Assembly (NCBI RefSeq): GCF_004010195.1
Contig: NC_057754.1
Span: 12,045,575 to 12,100,274, forward strand
DNA: 54,700 nt
Direction of reading: 5' to 3'
Origin: Chiloscyllium plagiosum
Taxonomy: Eukaryota
Shown: positions 25,523 to 38,895 of the stretch, piece by piece
Numbering within the stretch: position 1 is the first letter of the stretch
How the letters are laid out: the number at the start of each line of letters is the position of its first letter
Program-made: the position numbers and the translations under genes
The notes under the pieces: generated by a model
Databases searched by the model: none
What the model saw: the letters and a program-made list of their open reading frames with translations, nothing else
What the model was told of the DNA's origin: nothing

Positions 25523-26509
25523 ATTAGGGCCAGCCACTTTTGTCTGAGCCCTTGTGTTCACCTCTTCTGTTAATATCAATAGGCATGTTATCGGACCAGG
25601 GAATGATTTCTTCAAACAGAGGGTAGTGAAGGTCAGGAAATTTCCATTACAGAGGATTATTGAGCGAGATTACTGTAAGAACTTAAAGTGGAATTCGATG
25701 GATTTTGATCTGTCGAATAGTTGAGTGTGATAATTAATTGGGCATTAATTAGGATTTGACACCTACAGCAAATCAGCAAATCAACAAAGTGTAAGGCAAG
25801 CTTGGGCGGAAACGACCTGCTCCTTTTTCTGATGTTCTCACATTTTATTATTGGAAAATTCGTCATTGTTATATTCATGGAAGTTCTATTATTGAACATT
25901 GCACTCAGGGAGACCAGAGTATTTTCCGGGCCAGCTCTGGGTGAGGTTTGGCTGTATTCACAGGAAACCTGAGTCTACAACATGACTGACAAAGGAAGCA
26001 CAGCTGCAGACAGGTAAAGCTCTCTAAAGAGAGATGGCTACCCTCTTTCTTACCTAGCTTTGGATCTCCAACTACATTTTCGAAACCACCCAAAACTGTA
26101 CGACAGCCTTGACGTGTTGAATACTCCCCTCTGTCTCTGTGCAACAGGTTATAGGAGAAAGTGGTCTCCAACTGCTTCTGTCTAACGGGTTTGAGAGGCT
26201 GAGTGGAACATAGGAACACAGGACAAAAGAGCAGGAGTGGGTTATTGGACACTTTCGGTCTTCTCCATCTGTCACTAAGATCGCAGCTGATCAGGTTGTG
26301 GTCTCAGCCCCACTTTCCTGTTGGCACCCTATTATTCGAGACCAACTTCTCTGTCAAGTACGTAGCTAATTGAGTTTTAATAAATGTAAACAGAGCGGAA
26401 CCCCAAACGTCTGAGGAAGAGAATTCCCCCTCGAAAGATGCTTTTAGAATTTCTCCTCTTCTGTAAATTTATCCTAATTTGATCTACTTTTATTTCCCAA
26501 CATTTGTCC

Positions 26510-26611
26510 NNNNNNNNNNNNNNNNNNNNNNNNNNNNNNNNNNNNNNNNNNNNNNNNNNNNNNNNNNNNNNNNNNNNNNNNNNNNNNNNNNNNNNNNNNN
26601 NNNNNNNNNNN
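26510..26611. other. Assembly gap (102 N)
   Basis: Run of N. Confidence 1.
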
Positions 26612-27830
26612 TCTTTTTAATATTGTATATCTCACAGCCTCCATCCGTTTCTTTAACAGGTCGCTCCATGCACACACCACTGGATGCATGAAAATGTTTA
26701 TCCTAAGGGCTCTTTCAAATCTTTCACCTCTTATCTAAAACCTTTCCCTATTCTGGGAAAAAGAGCTTGGCTATTCATTCTATCCATGTCCCTCATGATC
26801 TTATAAACTTCTGTAATTTCACCCATTGGCCTCCAATGCGCCAGAGAAAAATAAACTGTCTGTAAGGCGTCCCCTGTACCTCAAACTATCCAGTCCTGGC
26901 AATATCGTTGTAAATCTTTTCTGCATCCTCTCAAGTTTAGCAACATCCTTCCTATAGCAGAGCAAAATGAATTGCATGCAGTATTCTGAATGTGACCTTA
27001 CCAACATCTGTACGGATGCAACATGTCATCCCAACTCCAATAATTAATACCCTGAGCAGTGAAGGGAAGTGTGTTCTTCACCAGCTTGTCTACCTGTGAA
27101 TCAATTTTCAAATTACTGTGAGCCTGCACCCCGAGGTCTCTTTTTTCAGCAGCATTCCTCAGGACTCGAGCATTAATTGCTTATGTCCTGCCATGCTTTA
27201 CAATACCAAAATGCATCAACTCACATTTAACTAAATTAAACTTCGTATGTCACTTCTTGGCCCATTGGTCTATCCAATCAAGGTCCCGTTTTACTCTGAG
27301 CTAATCTTCTTCACTGAACACTATAACATCTATTTTTGATGTCACCTTCAAACGTACTAAACAGGCACGTATTCATATCCAAATCATTTATATAAATGAC
27401 GAAAAGCAGAGGACTCAACTCGGACGTTTGCAGCAGACGGCTGCTCACAGTCCTCGATTCAGAAAAGCAATCTTCTAGAAAACATTCTCTGTCTCCTACT
27501 TTCAATCCAATTTTGCAATAAATTGCCTAGCTCATTCTGGATCTGTTTATTATCTAACCCTATTAACTTCTCTGCCAGGCTTAATTTTGTCAAGCTCATT
27601 GCTAAAGTCCATATAGACAACATAGAAAACTCTGCCTTCATCCATCTTTATTGTCACACCTTAAAAACACAGTTCAGATAGTGAGACCGATTTCCCACTT
27701 ACACAACCATGTTGACTATCCCCAATCAATCCTTGCCTTTTCAAATACATGCAAATCTTATCCCTCAGAATTCCCTCCAACACCTTACCCATCATTGACT
27801 TCAGGCTCATATAAATACCTGTTTTCCTTT
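26612..27830 (-). mobile_element. Old CR1 LINE RT fragment
   Basis: LVRSHSEYCMQF..KDVAKLERMQKRFT and PLLFVIYINDLD. Confidence 0.8.
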
Positions 27831-29897
27831 CGGGCCACTGTTTCCTTTATTAGTCATACTTCTTCAGTCGTCATAGAAGTATTAATTGTAACCACGTTGT
27901 GGTATAACTAATAACATACATAACAGACTGTGTCAGGTTCCGTGTTAAGGCTGGTTTCTTTAATATGTTGAAGTTAATAAGTTTATAACCAAAACAAGTT
28001 ACTCAAACTATGATGGAAGGATGAATTACAAAGTGTTGTTATTGCAAATATGTACATTTATTTACTTTTTAAAAAATACTGACACATGCACAAATGCACA
28101 CACACACAAAAACACACACGTACAGGCACACACATACACGTTTGATTGCAAAGTGAAAAACAAAGTTTATGCAGAGTATTAATTTGAAAGAAATTTGCCT
28201 AAATTTCAGATGAACTCATGACAGAAGGGAAAATGAGAGATTGTTCGAATATTATTAAGCTTCTGAATTTATTGTGCTCATTTATTGCTGGCAATGTCAT
28301 TTTTTCCCAGAACAATTGGATTTGACAAAATTCCCTTTGCTTCATGTAGTGGAGGGATTCCAGTTAATCCTCGTCAGGAGTCCTCTGTCAGTGCTAAAGA
28401 TAACTGAGGGGTTTTCAAAACACACTCATTATTGTGAGGAAGAACGAGGAAAGAGAAAGGGAGCAATCGGCCGTTCCTTCTCAGGAAGGTTACATTCCTT
28501 CCCTCGCTGAGTTGAATCACACAATCATGTTAGCTAGCCCCAAACTAGACCACGTGAGGTCTCCTTTATCATTGTCCGAATTGTATTCTATCACATTCCT
28601 TGCTCCATGTAGGTATATTGTTGTTGCTGTCATGCACAGATTCGTTTGCATCGCAACAAATGGCCCCATTGGATTGAACATATGTTTATATGTGCACGAA
28701 TAATTTAAAAATAACATGTTTATCATCCTCAGAATATCTATATTTCAATGAATGCACCTTATTCTTAAATTATTCCCCCAGTTTTGTTCTCCAATACAAG
28801 AGAAAGCATCTATCAGCTATCACTAGCTCTACTCTCATAAATATATAATTAATAGCAACATCTCTCATTCGCATGCCCAACCTGTTCATCATCCATAATT
28901 CCTTCATTCTAAAACGAATAAAGAGAAACGAATTTGAAAATATTCGAAGTCAGATATGTTTTATTTTCATTTCAAGGAATTGGAACTACATAAATTGTGT
29001 CAGATGTGATCGCAGCAATACCCTGTAGAGGTAGAAAAAAGTCCCTAGCGCCATACCAGTTTCCTTTGCAATAAACAGCATCATTCTCTTTGCTTTCCAA
29101 ATCAACCTCTACATCTTCAGAGGAAATTAATGTGATTCATGTAACAGGACACACAAATCCTTCTGTGCCACTGATATCTGTGTTCTCTCTCCAGCTTTAC
29201 CATTTACTGTTGTTTTATCATTTCCCTAAAGCACAAACCTCCCATCACCCAGTTTGTACTTTTTGTTGCTAACGGTTTGCTCACTAACGTTTCCTATCTG
29301 TATTCCATTACTGATGGTCTGCCTCCACTTGACCTTTTATTGGATGACTATTCTGATGTATTAGCAAATTGAAAACCAATCTATTCAGCCCATTCATCAA
29401 AATCATTATTCTAGCTAGTAAATCGTTCATGACCTCACACTGATCCGTGAGAAATTTGACTCGTTCCAGCTTTCCAACCTGAAAATCAATAATTTTCCCT
29501 ATTTCGTATTTTCTGCTTGCTAAGCAGGACTCCCCTGATCCTGTGTCACAGCCGAGGAATGTTGCTATGTGTGCTATGTGTTGGTTGTCAAGATGTATCT
29601 GAGCATAGAAATACTCCATTACGCCATTTGCTACCCGATCATTAGCTAGATGCAGTATTGTTAATGATCCCGATCCTTGAGACTTCTGAAGACGAGCATA
29701 GAATATAGATAAAAATTCGAATAGAACACTGCACAGTTAAACATGTTGTCTTTGAGATGCCGCAATTAATCTACTATGACCTATCAATCAGGTGTTCAAT
29801 TTTCAACAGAAACGTATTAAGGAGGATGGAAAGTTTCCCATTATCCTGGTTAACGTGTCCCATTAACAACATAACCAATAAAGATAATCTTCATCAG

Positions 29898-30590
29898 TGT
29901 AACGACACGGCGGTGAATCTTTCTGTTAATTAAACTAAGCACCAAAAAAACTCATCTCGCCTCATAACCTGATAAAATATGAGTGACAGAGAACTCCGAA
30001 ATTCCACTATTTAAATAAAATTATCCCAATTTATTCTTTAACTCTGAAGTGAACTTTAAACAACAAATTTTCACTCATAAATCATCCCTTTCTGTCAACT
30101 GCTTATTATCTGCCTCCAACTCTATAACATGTTGTTCTGATAAAATCCTTCTGAGAGTTACATCAACTTTATTTCAAAACCATGCAGCGGCGGTATTTGT
30201 CAGTGTGTGTCTTCTTTCGGCTGAAGATCTTCCTGGGTTTTCTCTTTTTTTACTGTGAATATATTTCATATGAAAAAGGTACATTTGAAAGAGAGTGTTT
30301 TTGAATGGCAGTCTCTGTCGACTAATCCGTGTCAATGACAATTAGTCTTTGTTTGACTATCAAATTGCCTGCTTTTTTTTAACGCCCAAAAATTGGATCA
30401 TCTCATTGTTTTGAAGTCAGTACATTCAAACTCGATTGGGCTTTAGTATTCTGGGACCTAATTTAAACTGATTGGTTCCATTTCATAGCCAACTGGTTTG
30501 TTCAACGTCCCCAATACAGTCAACATACCGTAGTATTGGGTATAAGTCATATTTTGTTACAGCATTGACCATTCAATAGTACACACAAAA
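29898..30590 (-). repeat. 3' LTR of second Gmr1-like element
   Basis: Ends in ...gtgtcgttaCA on the minus strand at 29898; homologous to the LTR at 20625-20776. Confidence 0.65.
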
Positions 30591-30658
30591 TAATTCAGCC
30601 CCTTCAGTTTGGGAACTACCACGATTGGTGAACTCCACTCAGTGTGACTCGGCTCAAT

Positions 30659-30726
30659 CAACGTCGATTCTCCTGCTCTTTGGATGCTGCCTGACCTGCT
30701 GCGCTTTTCCACCAACACATTTTCAC
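30659..30726 (+). mobile_element. Short PLE family A pLTR fragment inserted in Gypsy RT
   Basis: aacgtcgattctcctgctctttggatgctgcctgacctgctgcgcttttcc is shared with 33735-33800; flanked by ctcaat (30653-30658, 30727-30732). Confidence 0.75.
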
Positions 30727-33600
30727 CTCAATTATAACTTTATTGAGCATCACATCCACTTCCTTCTGGACCTGTGCGACTCTGAAAGCATTAAGATTAA
30801 AGGGGTGCTGTTTTATTGGAACAGCTTTCCCTACTTCTACCTCATGCACAATTGTATGAGTCCTCCACATCTTTTTTTCCTGCATATGTGTTCATATTGC
30901 TGCAACAAACCTTTCAACTGCGCTCTGTGCTCCTGAAACAGGTAGTTCACTAACCTATTCCATTACTCGTGGACTTCCTTATTGTTTAACAGATTTTGAG
31001 TTATATCAAACTCCACGACATCTGGTATTGTTTTTTTCACTTTGCAAGCTAGTAACTCACACCTGTTACTGAAGTTCCCGCTCTCTATTACAATAAGGTT
31101 TCATGACATACCAGAAACTGTTCTTTTTTGTCCGAAGTCCTCACCTGTAGTGTACCTAAATCAACTTTTTTCTCATGATGATAGCAACCACTTAACTTGG
31201 TTTTCAGGTTTTCTCCTACCATTGCGAGCAATATTAATACATCAATCCCACGGGAAATCGTCGGAAATTCTGAGTTTTTATTTACTACGTGCTTCTTTAT
31301 ATCCTGAGACCTCTTCAGATGCGGTTCAGCTAATTCAGCTACATGATTTAATATCTCCTTCTCGTCAGATACATAATGAAAGCGTGAGATCTTCGACTTC
31401 AATCCTGTCAATTTCACGCTAATTCATTTCAAAGTCCCTCTCATTTCATGTCCGATCACTAACTCAAAGGGAGCAAATTGAGTAGGTCATTTGGAGCAAA
31501 TCTAATGGCAAACAATGCAAATGGAACTAATTATCATAATAATTCGGGTAATCTTGCCAGTATGCTCATAACACGGTCTTCATGGTCCGATGCCAGCTTT
31601 CTAAAGCTCCCTGAGATTCAGGATGAAATGTACTTGTTTTAAAGTGCTACATGCCATAGCTATCCATGGCGTCCTTAAACAGCCTAGCAGTAAAATTAGA
31701 CCCTTGGTCTGATTGAATCACTATGGGTAGCCCGTACGACGTGAAGGAAGATACTAACTCGTCCTCCGCCCTTATTACCTTAATATTCCGTAATGAACTT
31801 GCCTCTGGACATCTGGTAGAAACATCCATTTTGGTTAGCAAATACTGGTTCCTCCTTTTAGATTTAGGAAGGGGATCTTCACAATCAATCATAACCTGCG
31901 TGAAAGGTTTTTCAAATGCGGGAATTGGCAACAAAGGTGCTCGTTATATTACTGCCTGTGCTTTCCTACCATTTGATATGCATGACACGTACAGAAAAAG
32001 GTAACCGCATCCTTGTATATTCCAATCCGGTAGAAAACGTCTTGTACCTTTGCCTAGGTGATACTTACACCTAAGTGATCTCCTCCTCGTAATTCATGTG
32101 CTACCCGTAACACTTCCTATCTGTATGCTACAGACAACACAATCTGGTGCACTTCTGCCCATTTCTTCTCTGCACTAACCTTCCATAGACTCATTTTCCG
32201 AGTGTGTATACGTATATGGCAGTCTCTTCTTTCTCTTGCAGGGTTCTTTAGCCTTTCAGGACTAATCACTTCTACATGACATTCTGCCTGTTGGTTTTTG
32301 CAGCACGATTGCATGAAACAGGGCATCTGCTATCTGATCATTAGCTCCTTCATCTTTCTGTTTATATTTTGCTTCTTACTGTGACTGATGATAGTGGGAT
32401 CTTGCTACTGCGCAGTCTGGAAAGTTTCCAGAGTATTTATCTTTTAACTCCTCAGTTCCCTGCTCTTCCTTTGGCTTAACCACAACAATGAGTGTCAATC
32501 CCACCTCAGATACTGATAAATCGTTCCCAGGTTTAATAAACCCTGTATTTCTGGAAATGACACTCATTCAATCACTCCCACTGTTTCTTCTCCAATCTTA
32601 ATTTGGCATTCCAACCTGATCTTACATAGGACAACGCTAAACTTCTGCCCATCTATTGCACAATTAACACTCTCTCGAGTAACAGGTCAGTAAGAGTGCA
32701 AATACTTTCACATCGTACTATTAGAAACTGATTAGATTCTGTATCTCTCAAAATTAATACTTCTTTCTCTTCTCTACCTGTTCTTTCTGAGTAAACTTTA
32801 CTCGCAGAGGGGAATACATTACAGAGATCAAGCACCAACTCCACACCCAGCCCTGCCTAATCTGTTCATTCTCCTGCAGCGCCTGAACTTTTCTTAGGGT
32901 TTCCTTTTTTACTTTCATAAATGCCTTAGCCTCTTTTTCAACGTCTTTTCCCACAGTGCCTGTCTTTAACGACTGGCACTGTGTGTATACGTGTCCCATT
33001 TTGCTACAGTCTATTTGGCTTCCTTTTGTGCTCTACCCTTTATTTTGCACGTTAGAATCTCCCCTTCGCCCAATTTCAATTCCTCAAAAAATGACATACT
33101 TACTAGAAGCTCAACTTTTCCTGATGCACCAATGCCTATTCATCTGCCATATTTGCTGCTTTTCGAAATGTTTGAAGTTTCTGTTCACCCATATGAAATC
33201 CAATCATCTCTGGAAGTGAGATTTTAAGCTGCTCCAGCAGAATAATCTCTCTTGGAGTTTTGTAGGTCTTATCTGTTTTTAAGGCCTGCATTCATTTATC
33301 AAAGCTATCATTTTAATTCTTTTGAGCTCAAGATAAGTTTGAAATGGTTCCTTCTTTCTGTTTCTGAACCGTTGATTTCAACTTCTGGTACTAATTCATA
33401 AGCACTCGAAATAGCCTGTTTGACATCTACATGATTTCTTTAGCCCTCATCTGACAGCGCTGCAAATATGTCACGAGCTCTGCCTATCAGCTTAGATTGA
33501 ACTAGCATTGCCCACAAGTTCTCTAAGCCCTCCATCTGCCTAGCCAGTTTTTCAAATGAAATGAAGAAGCATCCGACATCTATTTTTCATCATAATGTAG

Positions 33601-33803
33601 GAGTAAGTGAGGATTGCAGATGCTGGAGATCAGAGCTTAAAAATGTGTTGCTGGAAAAGCGCAGCAGTTCAGGCAGCATCAAAGGAGAAGGAGAATCGAC
33701 GTTTCGGGCAAAAGCCTTGAATGCTTATGCCCGAAACGTCGATTCTCCTTCTCCTTTGATGCTGCCTGACCTGCTGCGCTTTTCCAGCAGCACATTTTTA
33801 AGC
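33601..33803. mobile_element. PLE family A fold-back miniature (83-bp arms) inserted in Gypsy gag
   Basis: Arms 33633-33715 and 33723-33805 with 3 mismatches and a 7-nt loop; TSD tcatcataatgtag (33587-33600) / tcatcaaaatgtag (33804-33817). Confidence 0.88.
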
Positions 33804-35340
33804 TCATCAAAATGTAGCAATGTTTTAACATATTTTTGTATCAGTACCTTTTCTCTTCATTTTCATATTATTAATTTGATTTTCCTGACTAATTTTCAAC
33901 TTCTAAAGTTCAAGATCTCTCTACCTTGGTCTTTCTTATCACTCTTTCTCTCCTTTGTCCTTCTCTTTGTTCGTCCCTTTCTTCTCTCTATTTGTTTAGC
34001 TAAGAACCTTGTCTCCCTTTTGCTTTCCCCTCTTTTTCTTTCTTATCTCTTGCTCTTTCTTTTTTTCTCTCTCTCCTTTTCTCCTCTCACTTTCTCTCAG
34101 ATTTTTCCCTGTCCTTATCGTCAAGCTCCATTTTCCTCAATTGTAATTTAAGTTGATCTACCTCTAGTGCACTTGTGTGTTTCACTGACAAAACTAAGTG
34201 AGTGACTAACTCCCTTACAATTTCAGCTTTACTTTTGAAACTAATTAAAACGAATTCTAACCTATTTGATGATTCTAAAGATTTGACTCTTTACTGTCTT
34301 TATAAACTTTCCTTGCTAATTTGCGAATCATCTTCAAATCTCTGGACCTCTAGCAATTTTAATAGCCGGTTCTCTCACGTTTAACTTAACCAACAACAGG
34401 CAAATAAAATTAAATAAATTGCCTCACATACGTTTTATTTTAAAGATTTGTTTTAAAGACCTCTCTTCTGAGGCCAAGAGAGTGTCATTGTGTCATGTAA
34501 AATACCAAGAGACTGTCAGACGTTCCACATTCACGCACACACACAAATAACATACTAATGTAGACACACCGAGGCGCGTATTTACGTTGACAACGGAAAC
34601 CTGTGAGTATTTATCTTCCTTCGTGGCGAGTCTGTCACTATTTTACGCACTCTGAATAATGTGTGTCAGCATTTCTGTATATCATTCGGCAGTGTGTCAT
34701 TATTTGACTGGATCTGCAGGGAGTATGCCAATGTGTCTGACGCTCTGTAGCGAGTATGTACGTATTTCACTTGTTCACACCAGTGAGTATGTTAGTATGT
34801 CAAGTTGTTCCGTGTGGAGTGTAACTGTAGTAAATGTTCACTGCTTGCAGGTATCAAACCTGGAAGTATTTAAAATTATGTGGAGGATGTTGTGGAACTC
34901 CAACAGAGCAGCAAGCAGTTGGTGCATTGTTCAAGTGTTTGGAAAATGAGGATCAATGCAAAGAAATGGGAGATGATGTCCTTTGCTAGAAAGACATTAA
35001 AAGACATTCCTAAATAGGCTATACTATTGTAAATGGACTGCAGCAGCAGAGGGTTCTGTGTGGAAATAAGCACAGATTATTAAAGGTGTCAGGACAAGTG
35101 GGCAGCCACGGCTTCTTCATTCAGTAGCAGTCAGACATTCCCATCGTCTTCTGGACTCCACGTAGGAAAAGAAGGGAGTTCATCCCGGATAAAAGCTGTC
35201 TCTTTCACAGGCGGTTCAAATTCCCCTCCCGCTCCCCACTCCCCACCTCTGACCAAACACTTCAAAGTCTCCCGTGTGCACAGAGAGCAATGGGACCACA
35301 AGAAACATCATGGAGCAGGCCATCAGGGAGATGAGCCGTG

Positions 35341-37490
35341 ATTAGAGTGGTGCTGGAAAAGCACAACTGTTCAGGCAGCATCTGAGAAGCAAGAAAACTT
35401 GACTTTTGGAGCTTAAGCCCTTCATCAGGGCGGAAGACAGGGAGCCTCCAGGGTTGAGAGATAAATGGGAGGGGTCTGTGGCTAGGGACAAGGTAGCAAA
35501 GAATACAATGGATGGATGGGGGATGAAAGTGATAGGTCAGAGAGAAGGGTGGGGGAAGGTGGCAAAGAGTACAACGGGTGGATGGGGGTAGAGATGAAGG
35601 TGATAGGTCAGAGAGAAGGGTGGAGGTGATAGATGGGAAGGAGGATTCGAATCCTCCTATTTTCTCCCGACGAAAGGGGTAGACATGGGCACCCGTATGG
35701 GCCTCAGATATACCTGTCTCTTTGTCGGCTATGTAGAACAGTCAACCTTATGTTGTTACTCCGACAACACTCCCCACCTCTTCCTCCACTACATTGATGA
35801 CTGCATCAGCGCCACCTTGTGCGCCCGCGAGGAGGTTGAGCAGTTCATCAACCTCAACAACACATTCCACCCCGACCTTAAATTCGCTTGGATCACCTCG
35901 GATACCTCCCATCCCCTCCTGGACCTCTCCATCTCCATCAATGACGACCGACTTGACACTGACATTTTTACAAACCCACTGACTCCAATAGCTACCCGGA
36001 ATTACACCTCTTCCCACCCTACCTCCTGCAAAAATGCTATCCCGTAATCCCAATTCCTCCGGCTCCACCGTATCTGCTCCCAGGAGGACCAGTTCCACCA
36101 CAGAACACACCAGATGGTCTCCTTCTTTAAAGTCCGCAATTTCTCTTCCCACGTGGTTGAAAATGCCCTCCAACGCATCTCATCCACATCCCAAACATCC
36201 ACCTGCAAACGACACTCCTCCAAATATAACAAGGACAGTATCCCCCTAGTCCTCACCTTCCACCTTACCAACCTTCGCATAATCGTGGGCTGCACGGTGG
36301 TACAGTGGTTAGCACTGCTGCCTCACAGCGCCAGAGATCCGGGTTCAATTCCCGCCTCAGGCGACTGACTGTGTGGAGTTTGCACGTTCTCCCCGTGTCT
36401 GCGTGGTTTTCTCCGGGTGCTCCGGTTTCCTCTCACAATCCAAAGATGTGCAGGTAAGGTGAATTGGCCATGCTAAATTGCCTCTAGTGTTAGGTAAAGG
36501 GTAAATGTATGGGTATGTGTGGGTTGCGCTTCAGCGGAGCGGTGTGGAATTGTTGGGCCGAAGGGCCTGTTTCCACACTGTAAGTAATCTAATCTAATCC
36601 GCATCATTTGCTGACATTTCCACGACCTCCAAACGGACCCCCCCCCCCACCAGGGATATATTTCCCTCCCCACCCTTTTCCGCATTCTGCAAAGACCGTT
36701 CCCGCCGTGACTACTGGGTCAGGTCCACGCCCCCAACAACCTACCCTCTCCTACTGGCACCTTCCACTGCCACCGCAGGAATTGCAAATCCTGCGCCCAC
36801 ATCTCCCTCTTCTTGTCCATTAAAGGTCCCAAAGCAACCTTCCACATCCATCAAAGTTTCACCTGCACATCCACAAATGTCATTTATTGTATCTGTTGCT
36901 CTCGATGTGGTGTCCTTTATATTGGGGGACTGGACGCCCTCTCGCAGAGCGTTTTAGGGAACATCTATGGGACACACGCACCAATCAACCCCACCGCTCT
37001 GTGGCCCAACATTTCAACTCTCCCTCCCACTCTGTTGAGTACATGCAGGAACTGGGCCTCTTCCACCGCCACTCCCTCATCACCCAACACCTGGATGAAG
37101 AACGCCTCATCTACAACCTCGGAATACTTCAACTCCAGGGCATCATGTGGACTTCACCAGTTTCCTCATTTCCCCTACCCCACCAGTTCCAACCTTGCTG
37201 CTCAGCACCAGGCTCATGAACTGTCCTACCTGTCAATCTTCCTTCAGCTCCGCCCTCCTCTCTGCCCATATCACTTTCTTCCCGACCCCTATCCACCCAA
37301 TGTATTCTTTGCTACCTTCTCCCCAGCCCAATCCCCTTCCCATTTATCTCTCAAACCTGGAGGCTCCCTGCCTTCCGTCCTGAAGAAGGGCGATTTTCCT
37401 GCTCCTCGGATGCTGCCTGACTGGCTGTGCTTTTCCAGCACCACTATAATCTAGATTATAATTCCCTACATCTGCAGTCCTCGCGTTTGC
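35341..37490 (+). mobile_element. Penelope-like element (Neptune-like, family A): inverted 5' pLTR, RT C-half, Zn linker, GIY-YIG, 3' pLTR; decayed
   Basis: MGTRMG..YIDDC..HPDLKF..LDLSI (RT); CHRRNCKSC; FTCTSTNVIYCICCSRCGVLYIG..LAERFREH; 35341-35430 is the inverse of the 37375-37452 pLTR. Confidence 0.9.
36285..36599 (+). mobile_element. HE1-type V-SINE inserted in the PLE
   Basis: A box ggtggtacagtggttagc, B box gggttcaattcc, V-domain, tail gggccgaagggcctgtttccacactgtaag(taatc)3; taatc also lies immediately 5'. Confidence 0.92.
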
Positions 37491-37954
37491 GTCACAGAGA
37501 TGAAGCAACACTTCCAATGTCTGAAACGATCAGAGTGAACTCTCCAGTATAAACTGTAACAGTAAGTCATATACTCTTTCTCGATTTCCGTGGTGTATGT
37601 CTATTCATTCTTCCTGAAAAAATCACAGATTCACAGTTCCCAACATTGTACTCCTTCATCCAAATTGCCCATTGATTATCCATTTAGCGATTCTCTACCT
37701 CCTCTAGATAATTTCAGTTCCCACCGACCTTAACAATCATCGACAAACATCATTAGAATATATTTCTTCCATTTGTCTCAACAATTGTTATAAATTGCAA
37801 ATAGTTGAGCAACCAACACTGGTCAGTCTCCCAATACCGTGGTATTTTCCGTTAAATTGGTAAAGACTAATTTATCCGAGTTAGTGGTATCTTCAAACGT
37901 GGCTGACACTTTTCCTTTGCCAGCACTGTGTGCTGGGAGCTCCGAACGATACTA

Positions 37955-38450
37955 TTAGGGACAGATACCTTTGTGATAGGTAGTTTTCTGAGAATATTTC
38001 CCTCTTGTTGGTTCAACCATCACTCCCCACAGTCTGGTAACTGAGGCTTTGCTCTGTTCAATCAGTGGTGGGACTGTGGAGACTCTCTTGGTGATGGGCA
38101 TTGACTCACTTGTCACCCTCAGTGCTTCCTCCGATTTGTTTCCAACATTGAGGGAAACTGATTTGTCACCGAGGGCTGATGTAGAGGGCAGTAGATGTCC
38201 ATCAACAGCCGAATTCTTCCACCATCTTTGACTTGCGAAAATGCGATTTCTCGTATTCTGGAAACAAAGTTTTGGAATTCCAGGGTAACTCCATACCTGA
38301 CTGCATAACACGGTACCACCACCACTGGTGGATCTGTCCTGCCGGAAGGACAAGATGTAACCAGGGATGGTGATGGGACTTCATGAAATATTAGAGTGCC
38401 GGTCTGACTCTGTGAGCATGACAATGTCAGAATCTTTCCTGACCAGTCAA
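37955..38450 (-). mobile_element. Non-LTR retrotransposon APE endonuclease fragment
   Basis: DIVMLTES..ITIPGYILSFRQDRSTSGGGT remnants on the minus strand. Confidence 0.6.
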
Positions 38451-38895
38451 AATGAGAAAAAAGACAAGAATGGAGAAGGGCACAGTTGTTTAAAAAACTG
38501 AGTGAAAGACATTATATCGGAATGTGTGTTGTATTTTTAAGAAATATTGAGGAATTCCCTGCATACGTTAAGGTACGTGGATGTGATTTAATGGCATTAG
38601 AGAGACCTGGCTGCAGGGGCCTGATACTGGGAACTGAATATCCAGAATATTTAATATTTAGAAATAGTAAGCAAGAATGAAAAGGGATTGATGTAGATCT
38701 AAGAATAATGGTTTGATACTTGCATGCTTTTGAAGGTAAATTATCAAGGTATCAGCTTAATCTTATTTTTTTTTGTGTGCAATATATCAGTTGAGTTGGG
38801 TTTAGGGAGAGCTTCCCAAAATGAAGCTGAGTGGATCTCAACAAACTTAATGGGCAGAAGCGGTTTTGTGACATTAATCTTTCAGACTCTATCAT

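Larger units (their letters stand above)
29898..34440 (-). mobile_element. Second Gmr1-like Gypsy element; RT/RNase H mostly deleted, 5' LTR missing
   Basis: Gag paralogous to 13180 (about 34380 downward), knuckle CSKMGHVYTQC, protease ILRDTES, integrase PFTQVMIDC..IQSDQGSNFT (31647-31934), then RT start PIKQHPFNLN..EWSSPIVVVPK fused to the LTR. Confidence 0.88.

Noticed and set aside
27925..28560. Possible solo LTR with a CA-rich tract
   Set aside because: No partner LTR, clear termini or TSD could be established by eye.
34590..34615. Splice-donor-like cct|gtgagt
   Set aside because: No upstream ORF resembling a GPCR N-terminus or TM1.
36285..36365. tRNA gene-like A/B boxes (also 13479-13550)
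   Set aside because: These are the tRNA-derived heads of HE1 SINEs, followed by a V-domain and LINE tail.
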